From IMG/VR virus record IMGVR_UViG_3300046477_000550: a stretch of DNA of 64,000 bases; one strand, given 5' to 3'. Both the position numbers and the translations under genes were made by a program. Within the stretch, counting starts at the first letter, position 1; every line of letters starts with the position of its first letter. The notes under the pieces were generated by a model. The model searched no databases and was not told where the DNA came from. It saw only the letters and a program-made list of their open reading frames with translations. Of this stretch, positions 9,382 to 17,027 are shown one piece after another. Source of the DNA: a virus.

Positions 9382-9597
9382 ATGTGCCTGCGGGTTCAAC
9401 GCGTGACAGGGATGCCGTGCAACGTCGACATCTGGGTCGATGACGGCGTCGACTGCTTCACGATCTACATCGACAAGCAGCTGATCACCGAGCGGGGTGC
9501 GAGCGCCCTGCAGCGGATACTGCGCACCACCGCCGCCGGCTGGCAGCGTGTCGACGAGGGCGTGGTCCTGCGCACACTCAAGGCAGTCACTGGCTGA
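9382..9597 (+). CDS. hypothetical small protein
   Basis: GC3-rich ORF between cI and int. Start uncertain (ATG at 9382 or about 9412). Confidence 0.45.
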   Translation: MCLRVQRVTGMPCNVDIWVDDGVDCFTIYIDKQLITERGASALQRILRTTAAGWQRVDEGVVLRTLKAVTG

Positions 9598-9662
9598 TGG
9601 CCAAGATCCCCCAGGTCGTGCCAGAGTTCTGCCATTCGAGTGATCAATGCGCGAGGTGACCG

Positions 9663-10964
9663 ATGGCGCACGCGGAGAAGCGCACCTACGACAAGCGTGC
9701 ACGAAAGTGGCGCTGGCGCGGAAGGTACAAGAAGCCCGACGGCAGCTGGGGCTCCGTCTCCCGCGACGACAACAAGCAGCCGTTCTACACGGAGAAGGCC
9801 GCCGAGGACTTCGCCGCCGGCCTCGAAACCGACGTGCGCCGCAAGGTGTACCTCGACCCGAAGGACGGCCGCATCACGGTCGGCGAGTGGTCGGAGTTGT
9901 GGATCGAGTCGGTGGAGCTGGCCAACCGCAGCGACAAGACGTACCGGCAGCGCCTGCGGTCCGTGATCCTCCCCAGGTGGGAGGCGACCGCGATGGCCGA
10001 CGTGTCCGAAGTCGTCGTGAAGATCTGGGAGCAGCAGCTGCGTAAGCGGTACAAGCCCCGCTATGTCAAGTCGGTCATGTCGGTGATGCGGGTCATGTTC
10101 GACGACGCCGTCGCCTCGAAGGTCCGCGCCGACAACCCGGTCCCCACGCTGAAGGCGCGCCGTCGCGGCAAGTACAAGGGCAAGCCGAAGAAGGACGAAA
10201 CCGTCCTCGCGACCCCGCGCCAGGCCTTGCTGCTGGCCCGCAATGCCCGGGAGATGCGCGGCGTCGTCGGCTACGGCCTCGTCCTCACGATCGCCTACTG
10301 CGGGCTGCGCATATCGGAGGCGGCCGGCCTGCGCCGGGAACATCTGGTCCTCGAAGACCACGGGCAGGGCTTCCGGCTGCTGGTGGAGGAGCAGCACCAG
10401 TACGTCGACGGCAAGCCCGCCCAGGTCGATCCGAAGTACGGGAGTTCGGGCAGCATCATCCTGCCGCCGTTCCTCGCCGAGCTGCTGCGCGAGGTGCTGG
10501 CCTCGCACAAGTCGCCCTGGGTGTTTCCGTCGGCCAACGGCAAGAAGATGTCGACGTCTGCCTACTTCTACTCGGACATCTGGCGCCGCTGGGTGGATGG
10601 CCACACGGCCACACCCGACAAGCTCGGCCGCCCGGCGCGGCTCCCGGACATGAAAGCGGTCGCCGGGATCGAGGACATGGTGCCCCACGGGCTGCGCCAC
10701 AGCATGAAGACGTGGCTCGACGAGCTGAAGCACCCGCGGGTTGCGGTCGAGGAGCGGATGCGGCACGTTATCCCTGGAGTTGAGGGGACCTACAGCCACA
10801 CGACGCTGCCGATGGAGCTGGATATCGCGGCGGATCTGCAGAAGCTGTGGGAGGCCTCGGCGGGAGTGAAGGACCACCACCGGGAGTGGGAGGAGCCTCG
10901 CCCGCGGCGCTCGGAGCGCGGACCGAAAGTGGATCTCCCAGAAATCTCCCAGGACGAAGAATGA
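9663..10964 (+). CDS. int: tyrosine integrase
   Basis: 433 aa with the catalytic signature GLRISEA...HGLRHSMKTWL...GTYSH. Its 3' end faces a non-coding, palindrome-rich region. Confidence 0.9.
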   Translation: MAHAEKRTYDKRARKWRWRGRYKKPDGSWGSVSRDDNKQPFYTEKAAEDFAAGLETDVRRKVYLDPKDGRITVGEWSELWIESVELANRSDKTYRQRLRSVILPRWEATAMADVSEVVVKIWEQQLRKRYKPRYVKSVMSVMRVMFDDAVASKVRADNPVPTLKARRRGKYKGKPKKDETVLATPRQALLLARNAREMRGVVGYGLVLTIAYCGLRISEAAGLRREHLVLEDHGQGFRLLVEEQHQYVDGKPAQVDPKYGSSGSIILPPFLAELLREVLASHKSPWVFPSANGKKMSTSAYFYSDIWRRWVDGHTATPDKLGRPARLPDMKAVAGIEDMVPHGLRHSMKTWLDELKHPRVAVEERMRHVIPGVEGTYSHTTLPMELDIAADLQKLWEASAGVKDHHREWEEPRPRRSERGPKVDLPEISQDEE

Positions 10965-11164
10965 AGATCACGCAGGCGGGTTCAGGATCATCGCTCTACG
11001 CGTGTCCTGCTGCATGGAAAAGGGGGCCGCGCGACCTTGCGCAGACCCCCGTACCGCCCGCCTGAGACGATCCCCCGCGTCGCCCCAGACCCTTCGTTGA
11101 GTGCTCCTTACCTGCGACGATTCAGCGTCTCGCCAGTACAGCACCGGAACGCACTCGCGTTCGA

Positions 11165-11182
11165 CTGGATTCGTTGGGTGTC
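11165..11182 (+). repeat. third copy of the operator-like 18-mer CTGGATTCGTTGGGTGTC
   Basis: Identical to 8530-8547. Confidence 0.8.
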
Positions 11183-11234
11183 CGGTTGGGTCCGGCCCGG
11201 GTGGCCGTCTCCCAAACCGTCTCCCAAAACGAGC

Positions 11235-11266
11235 GCGCACCCCCAGTCTCTCGACTGGGGGTGCGC
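11235..11266 (+). terminator. 14-bp perfect stem hairpin downstream of int
   Basis: GCGCACCCCCAGTC-tctc-GACTGGGGGTGCGC. Confidence 0.6.
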
Positions 11267-11501
11267 TCGCGCCGGCCACCACAACGGAGGGCGCCCCACC
11301 GTGGCTCACCGGCACGTTCTGGGTGCCTGACCTTCCGTATTGCCTAACGGTTGCAGGTCAATGCGGTTGTTCACTCTTTCGAGTGAACACCTGTTCGAAT
11401 CTAGGACACTACATCGAGCCCTGCGGCATATGCCACACCCGCAAGGCTGCATGTGTGCATGGGGGTCGGAAGCGACAGTTTAGGTACTGACGCAAGATCA
11501 C

Positions 11502-11768
11502 TTGACCGAGACCGTTTGCCGGGTGCCAGCCCGCCGCAACGTCAGACCTGACTGGGTCCGCGTCCGCCAGATCGCCCTCGGCCGCCGCATCGCCGACCTC
11601 CGTCACGCCGCCGAACTCTCCCAGGAGGAATTAGGGAACCTCGCCGGCGTAGAACGGCGGACCGTGCAGCGGTATGAGAACGCGGTCACCGACCCGAGGT
11701 ACGCGGATCTGCTGCTCATCGCGCACGCGCTGCGAGTCCACGTGACAGACCTCCTCGGGGGCAGCTGA
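11502..11768 (+). CDS. XRE-family HTH regulator
   Basis: Motif LGRRIADLRHAAELSQEELGNLAGVERRTVQRYENA. Start uncertain (TTG 11502 or GTG 11523). Confidence 0.7.
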   Translation: MTETVCRVPARRNVRPDWVRVRQIALGRRIADLRHAAELSQEELGNLAGVERRTVQRYENAVTDPRYADLLLIAHALRVHVTDLLGGS

Positions 11769-11976
11769 ATAGGCAGCTCCGGCGGGGTCTGGGCCGGGCT
11801 ATCAACTATTAGTCAACAGGTAAACCCACGGTAAGGGAACCGTGCCCGATGCATATACCTGTGCGGAATCGGCGTACCCCATGTGAACATCTAGCCCACC
11901 GCGACCCTCTGGCCAGAGCGTTCCCGTTCGCGCCCCGTGTGACCCGTACCGCCGCACCGTCCACGGCGGCCGGGGG

Positions 11977-12291
11977 TCAGCGCGGCATCTGCCGGTACGC
12001 GTCGTCGCCCACCGCCTGATAGGCCCGCCACAGCTCCCCCGCGGTGTCGCAGGCGCTGCGGTCGAGGTCCCGGCATTCGTCGCAGGTGGTGGCGTGCGTG
12101 ACGTAGGCGCTCCAGGCCTGCTGGAGGGGGGTGAGCGTCCCGGCGCCGGAGGTTATGACGGGCGGCCGGGTTACCGGCTCGGGGGGTCCGTCTCTACGCT
12201 CTTCCATGGCGGCGCTCCACGTCGGTGTCGTCCACGCCCCCGGACTGCCGTGCGAGCGGTCGCGGGGGCTTCGTTTTAGCAGCTTAGACAT
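11977..12291 (-). CDS. hypothetical protein
   Basis: 104-aa ORF whose C-terminal half is well composed (CDECRDLDRSAC). Start may be an internal Met. Confidence 0.5.
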   Translation of the reverse strand: MSKLLKRSPRDRSHGSPGAWTTPTWSAAMEERRDGPPEPVTRPPVITSGAGTLTPLQQAWSAYVTHATTCDECRDLDRSACDTAGELWRAYQAVGDDAYRQMPR

Positions 12292-12302
12292 AGCATGCTA
12301 TG
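12289..12302. promoter_or_regulatory. 14-bp perfect palindrome CATAGCATGCTATG (candidate operator)
   Basis: Lies in an AT-rich divergent gap directly upstream of the GntR-like gene. Confidence 0.5.
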
Positions 12303-12313
12303 CCGTGCCTCGT

Positions 12314-12604
12314 ATGCGACATCTCGCGTGGCATGGGATGGCGTGTCACGTTGACGGTGTGATCGAATTCGAGGCGGATGTGCCCAGGTGGAAGCAGGTA
12401 GCCGCGGTGATCCGGCAGCGGATTGCCGACGGCACCTACCCGCCGCGCACGCGCGTGCCCTCGGTCATCCAGTTGAGTGCCGAGTTCGGCATCGCCCAGG
12501 CGACCGCACAGAAAGTGCATGGCGGGCTGCGGGATGAGGGGCTGATCTACACGGAGCCGGGGCTCGGGTCGTTCGTCGCCCGGCAGCCGCCCGCCGAGGG
12601 GTGA
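12314..12604 (+). CDS. GntR-like winged-helix regulator (DNA-binding domain only)
   Basis: Motif KQVAAVIRQRIADGTYPPRTRVPSVIQLSAEFGIAQATAQKVHGGLRDEGLIYTEPGLGSFV. Alternative start at 12338. Confidence 0.7.
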   Translation: MRHLAWHGMACHVDGVIEFEADVPRWKQVAAVIRQRIADGTYPPRTRVPSVIQLSAEFGIAQATAQKVHGGLRDEGLIYTEPGLGSFVARQPPAEG

Positions 12605-12663
12605 CATGCCGAAGCCCCGCGCGAGAATCGGGCGGGGCTTCGGGGTGAGCCGGAGCGTCACAC

Positions 12664-13047
12664 TCACAGGTCGGGGTCGATGGCGACGGCGGACTCGATG
12701 AAGCTGTCGAGTGCATCCCATCGTCGGCGCCCGGCCAGCCTCATGCGGGAGTTCTCCAAGGCTTCCGTCTCAATCCACCACGTTTCGCCGTCCCAGCGCG
12801 TGTCGGTGATGCGCACCCTGGTTTTGAGGAGTGGGCGCAGCGGCTCCCAGCACCACTGACTGTGGGTGTGGATTGGTGCGGGTAGCGGCGGGGCGGGGGT
12901 GCGTTCCTCGTCCTCATCGGCGAGATCGCGGCAGGCCGGGCAGGAGTCGGGGCGGACTGGGGTCATGTGGACGCAGCACTCGACACCGTCGTCGCGGACA
13001 TAGTGCACAGGCGGAACGAACGACGCGTGGCCCGGCTGTTCGGTCAT
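12664..13047 (-). CDS. hypothetical Cys-rich protein
   Basis: 127 aa starting MTEQPGH. Last gene of a 4-gene coupled operon. Confidence 0.65.
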   Translation of the reverse strand: MTEQPGHASFVPPVHYVRDDGVECCVHMTPVRPDSCPACRDLADEDEERTPAPPLPAPIHTHSQWCWEPLRPLLKTRVRITDTRWDGETWWIETEALENSRMRLAGRRRWDALDSFIESAVAIDPDL

Positions 13048-13286
13048 CAGACCTCGTCCTCGCTCTCGCGGTCGGCGACGTACTCGACACAGTTCGGACA
13101 GCCGCACAGGCTGCTGCCGTTGTAGGTGTCGGCGAGGCTGGCGTACTCGGCGGCACGACAGGCGGGCTCTTCGGCCGGATCGATGGCGCCAGGATTGTTG
13201 GTGCGGGCCGCGATGTGGGTGTCACGCTGGATGTCACGTTCGCGCTCTTCCGCCTCAGGGTCGCGTAGCTCGAAGTCGTCCGTCAC
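13047..13286 (-). CDS. hypothetical acidic protein with CGCPNC motif
   Basis: GTG at 13286 overlaps the upstream stop (GTGA). Confidence 0.55.
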   Translation of the reverse strand: MTDDFELRDPEAEERERDIQRDTHIAARTNNPGAIDPAEEPACRAAEYASLADTYNGSSLCGCPNCVEYVADRESEDEV

Positions 13287-13657
13287 GGCTTCCTTCCTCC
13301 TGCTCGCCTTGCGAGCATCCGGTTGTTGATCTGCTGCTTGGTGGGCGCGGTCCATGCGTGCCAGCCAACTGGCCATCGCCACTGGCGGGCGTGGCCGCGC
13401 TCCTCGATGCCGCACAGTCCGCAACCGTTCGGGCTGGCCGTTGCGGAACCGCCGCTGCCGTTGATCCGGCGGGCAGCCGTGAGAGCCACAGCATCGATGC
13501 CGGTCTCGAATCCTCTGGCATCACGAGCGGCGACAACAGCCCGCTCCTCGAAGAGTTCAGCGAACGGATCCGCCAAACCGGCCAGCGGCCCCCGCAGCTC
13601 AGGACCTACCTCACGTAGCGTCCGGGCTGCGGCGGCCAGTTCCAGGGCGACGCTCAC
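13283..13657 (-). CDS. hypothetical protein
   Basis: 124-aa ORF in a coupled operon, with CGLCG...H..W motifs. Confidence 0.6.
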   Translation of the reverse strand: MSVALELAAAARTLREVGPELRGPLAGLADPFAELFEERAVVAARDARGFETGIDAVALTAARRINGSGGSATASPNGCGLCGIEERGHARQWRWPVGWHAWTAPTKQQINNRMLARRAGGRKP

Positions 13658-14148
13658 GCCGCGTCGCCGAGGAGTCGGTCGATGGGTCCGGTGTAGGCGC
13701 GCATGCTGGCGAGGTTCTCATCGATGACGGCGGTGATGGCGTCGTTGGCGGCACCTTCCCAGTGGTCGAGGACTTCGGCTCGGCGGATGATCTCGCCGAG
13801 TTCCTGAAGGCGTTCGGTGTCCTCGCAGATGCCTTCCGCGAGGTCCCGGATCACCTTGGCGGCGATCTCGCGGGCGGCGAGCGCGGCAGGGCTCAACGCC
13901 TCCACCACATCCGGGAGCACGACGCCGTTCTCGTCGATGAGCACGAGGCTGTGGAAGCCGTAGCGGCCGAGGAGGTAGCGGCCGACGGGGCGTCCGTCTG
14001 CGAGTTCGAACAGTTCCTCGCGGCGAGAGCGGCGGATGCGGCGGGCGATGTCGCAGTGGTCGCCATCCGAGCAGTCGTCCGGGTGCGTCCAGTCGACGCT
14101 GCGCTCACCGTCGAACTCTGTGACGGTCAGGTGGTGCGGGTGTTCCAT
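13654..14148 (-). CDS. hypothetical protein
   Basis: 164 aa starting MEHPHHLTV. First gene of the operon. Confidence 0.65.
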   Translation of the reverse strand: MEHPHHLTVTEFDGERSVDWTHPDDCSDGDHCDIARRIRRSRREELFELADGRPVGRYLLGRYGFHSLVLIDENGVVLPDVVEALSPAALAAREIAAKVIRDLAEGICEDTERLQELGEIIRRAEVLDHWEGAANDAITAVIDENLASMRAYTGPIDRLLGDAA

Positions 14149-14224
14149 GGGATCTCCTTGGTGGCTTGCCACCATCATTGCGCATCCCTTTGACCGGTGG
14201 CAAGCCACCTGTCATGATTCGCAC

Positions 14225-14443
14225 ATGACCAGCGAAGAGGAACGCCGACGCCAGCACAGGCACCGCCACAAGCAGCGGGTCCTGCGCGGCATCGACGACG
14301 AGCTGGTCAACGACTTCGACGCCGCCGCACACGCGGCAGACGGCGACCGGAGCAGCATCACGCGGCAACTGTGGGAGTGGTTCGTCCGACGCGACGGCGC
14401 CGAGCTACCCGAGCGGCCCAACCCGCCCGAACAGACGCTCTGA
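14225..14443 (+). CDS. ribbon-helix-helix (CopG/Arc-like) protein
   Basis: Basic N-terminus followed by RVLRGIDDELVNDFDAAA...SSITRQLWEWFV. Confidence 0.55.
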   Translation: MTSEEERRRQHRHRHKQRVLRGIDDELVNDFDAAAHAADGDRSSITRQLWEWFVRRDGAELPERPNPPEQTL

Positions 14444-14462
14444 CAGTGGCCGCCGATAGACT

Positions 14463-14657
14463 TTGACCATGCCCACCACTCCCCCCACCCCGGGCTCTCT
14501 ACGCCCTGCCGCTGTGGTGAACGAGGAGATCCGCGCCCTCGTCGCCGCAGCGGGCTGCTGGCTGTACGGGGAGACGCGGCAGCGGTACGAGATGCTGCGA
14601 GACGAGTGGACGGTGGCGGTGGCGGCGGAGCGGGACGGGCTTGTTGAGGCGGCTTAG
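14463..14657 (+). CDS. hypothetical small protein
   Basis: 64-aa ORF located 20 nt after the RHH gene. Confidence 0.5.
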   Translation: MTMPTTPPTPGSLRPAAVVNEEIRALVAAAGCWLYGETRQRYEMLRDEWTVAVAAERDGLVEAA

Positions 14658-14841
14658 CGCCGTCCGGGTCCCGCCGTCGGACGGCCACAGGGGGTGGGCG
14701 CAGTACAGCTCTCCCGTTCAAGTCCGGCCGCCGCCGGACCCCAGCCCCCTGCTCTTGAGGGCGCACGCTGATCAGTCGCACGCGGGACGCCCCTGGGGCG
14801 AGGGTACTGGGGGCTATGCGCGCGCACGCCACGGAAGCGGC

Positions 14842-15054
14842 TCAGCTCTCCTCGACGGGCGGCCAGATGAAGTTGAGGACGCTGACGTGGCGCCGCGCAT
14901 CCAGTAGACGGTCAATGTCAGGGTGGTCCGGGCGTGCCCGCATGCTGTCGAGGTTTCCGTCGATCGACTCAACTGTGTCGACGTTGTAGGTGACCCCGTA
15001 GACGCCATCCATGACGAGCATGCCGTCGAGGCACCTCATGTAGTCGCTGGCCAT
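14842..15054 (-). CDS. hypothetical small protein
   Basis: 70 aa starting MASDYMRCLDG, preceded by GGGAGG. Confidence 0.55.
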   Translation of the reverse strand: MASDYMRCLDGMLVMDGVYGVTYNVDTVESIDGNLDSMRARPDHPDIDRLLDARRHVSVLNFIWPPVEES

Positions 15055-15133
15055 CGCGCTGCCTCCCTGATCGGTGACGCCCTCACTTCCTCTGACGTCA
15101 TACCGGCGAGATCGTCCGGCATAGGATCCCCCG

Positions 15134-15328
15134 GTGACCATCGACTTCCCTGCCGACCTGCTCGCCCTCGAAGCCCGCGCCTGGGAGGAGATCCAGGCCG
15201 GGCAGCTCACCGTGGAGACGGCGCAGGCCGTACATGAGGCCGTCAGCGCGTTCGCGGCCGAGGCCGGGCTGCGGCGGATCGACGTCGAGCTCGGGCTGAA
15301 GCAGCGGGTGCGGGGCGAGGCGGGCTGA
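15134..15328 (+). CDS. hypothetical small protein
   Basis: 64-aa helical ORF. Confidence 0.5.
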   Translation: MTIDFPADLLALEARAWEEIQAGQLTVETAQAVHEAVSAFAAEAGLRRIDVELGLKQRVRGEAG

Positions 15329-15335
15329 ACTACTA

Positions 15336-15370
15336 GTGATCTACCAGCTGATCCCAGACTGGTAGATCAC
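15336..15370. terminator. 12-bp perfect inverted repeat between convergent genes
   Basis: GTGATCTACCAG (15336-15347) pairs with CTGGTAGATCAC (15359-15370). Confidence 0.55.
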
Positions 15371-15477
15371 GGCATCCATTTGCAGAACCAGAGGTAGTCG
15401 ACGCCGTTCCAGAAGCCGTCGTATGACTCCTGCGCCCAGCGGGCCAGGAAGTCCCCCACCAAGCGGACGGTAGCCAT
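15367..15477 (-). CDS. 36-aa Trp-rich micro-protein
   Basis: GGAGG RBS then ATG. Product is MATVRLVGDFLARWAQESYDGFWNGVDYLWFCKWMP. GC3 is very high. Too short for the ORF track. Confidence 0.5.
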   Translation of the reverse strand: MATVRLVGDFLARWAQESYDGFWNGVDYLWFCKWMP

Positions 15478-15811
15478 CAGTCCTCCAAGTCGCGACGCCC
15501 CGCCCGGGCGCTGTACCGGACGAGGCGTCAATCGAGTAGCCACCAAAGATGGATGCTGGCCATGCTACGGGGCGCCACCGACAACGCGGGGTCAGCTGCG
15601 ATGTGCGTGCGCCCACCAGCGGCTGAGGTGAAGAGCGAGACGGCCGCGCCACGTTGCCGACAGGGCCCACTCAAGCTCCGCCCGGAGACGGGACACGTGA
15701 GCATCCACGCCGGCAGCAGCCAGAGCGGGCAGGTCGTCGACAGGGTGCGGGCGGTAGGTCACACCCCCAGGATGCCAGCCGGCCGCTGTCAGGCCCGGCA
15801 GCGTGACGCAC

Positions 15812-15839
15812 GAACGCCCCTCCCGGAGGAGAGGCGTTC
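15812..15839 (-). terminator. hairpin downstream of the recombinase operon
   Basis: GAACGCCCCTCC-cgga-GGAGAGGCGTTC, 12 bp with one mismatch. Confidence 0.4.
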
Positions 15840-16010
15840 GGTTACGTCCAGTGCCCGCGGTGGCGACCCCGGGATCGCCGACACCAGACGGTCAACACCA
15901 GTCTGGCAGAGCGCGGCCGGGAAAACTCACGGGCGGTGGGGGAAGTTGAGCGACCGCCTCGACGGGGGTTGCGAGGCGGCCGTAGGGCAAGTGTGGCACG
16001 GTGCGGTGGG

Positions 16011-17027
16011 CTACAGCCCGATGTCCTCGCTGGCGGCGTCGGTCCACTTGTCGGCTTCGCGGATGTATCCCCAGAAGGCGGGGCTGTTCTCGGCGTGCCC
16101 GGACTGGGCGCGGATCTTCTCTTCGCGTTTCCCGGCTTTGCGGCTGGTGGTGATGAATCCGGCGCGCATCGAGTGGCCGGTCAGCCGGACGGCGACGCCT
16201 GCGCGCTCGGCGTTGCGGGCGATGATTTCGCGGACGGCTTCGGGGGACAGGGCGCGGTCGCCCATGTGCCCCCAGACGTCGATGGGGAGGAAGGCGGGTC
16301 CGGCTGTGATGGCTGCGGCGGCGCGCCAGTTGAGCCATGCGCGGACGGGGCAGGTGTCGACGTTCTTGCCGTAGCTGACGACGACGTCTCGGGGTGGCCG
16401 TCCTTTCACGGCGGGTACGTGCACGTCGAGGCCCTGGCTGACGTGGACGATGGATTCGGCGCGGAGTTCGGCGACTTCGGCGGAGCGTCCGGCGATGCCG
16501 AAGGCCATGAGCCAGAGGGCTCGGTCGCGGAGTCCGGTGAGTCCGTCGGCGACGGTGTTGTTCATTTGCCGGAGTTGTTCGGGGGTGACGGCGGCGGCTT
16601 TGCCGCGTCCGCGCGCCATGCGTTCGGGGTCGTTCTTCAGCGGCTTGAGTGCTTGCCGGGCGGCGACGGTGGCCGCCTTGGGGACTTCAACGCCGAGCCC
16701 GCGCGCGGTGACGGTAACGCCGGTGATCCTCCGGTCGATGGATGTGGGTGCGGCGAGTTTGATGGTGTCGAGCCAGACGACGAAGCCGACGAGGTTGCCT
16801 CTGGTGACTGCGGTCGACGGCATGCGGTGGCCGGTGCGTTCGGCGAGCCAGTCGTGGAACTCTTCCCAGAGGCCCCAGTCGTTGGCGTAGCCGCGCTTCG
16901 TGTTGTGGGGGCGGATGGCGTCGAGGTGCTTGTCGGCTGCCTCTTCCATCGCGGCGAGGACGGCGAGCGTCGCAGCGTCGTAGACGGCCGGGGTGGCGTC
17001 CGGCTGGTGCGGAACGAGGTCGGTCAC
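16011..17027 (-). CDS. second tyrosine recombinase (Xer/integrase-like)
   Basis: 338 aa with motifs AGRSAEV...LTGHSMRAGF...FWGYIRE. GTG overlaps the upstream stop (GTGA). Confidence 0.85.
   Translation of the reverse strand: MTDLVPHQPDATPAVYDAATLAVLAAMEEAADKHLDAIRPHNTKRGYANDWGLWEEFHDWLAERTGHRMPSTAVTRGNLVGFVVWLDTIKLAAPTSIDRRITGVTVTARGLGVEVPKAATVAARQALKPLKNDPERMARGRGKAAAVTPEQLRQMNNTVADGLTGLRDRALWLMAFGIAGRSAEVAELRAESIVHVSQGLDVHVPAVKGRPPRDVVVSYGKNVDTCPVRAWLNWRAAAAITAGPAFLPIDVWGHMGDRALSPEAVREIIARNAERAGVAVRLTGHSMRAGFITTSRKAGKREEKIRAQSGHAENSPAFWGYIREADKWTDAASEDIGL

Noticed and set aside
9465-10880. 471-aa minus-strand ORF
   Set aside because: It lies antisense to the well-supported integrase. It is Arg/Pro/Leu/His-rich, with the low-complexity composition typical of spurious open frames in GC-rich DNA.
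11390-11405. TTCGAAT T-loop-like sequence as a tRNA-derived attP core
   Set aside because: The flanking bases do not form a T-stem (CCTG versus CTAGG), and no acceptor or anticodon arms are nearby.
15592-15762. 56-aa minus-strand ORF (VTYRPHPVDDLPALAAAG...) between the micro-ORF and the recombinase
   Set aside because: It has only moderate GC3 bias, a weak RBS and no recognisable motif. The support is insufficient to call it.
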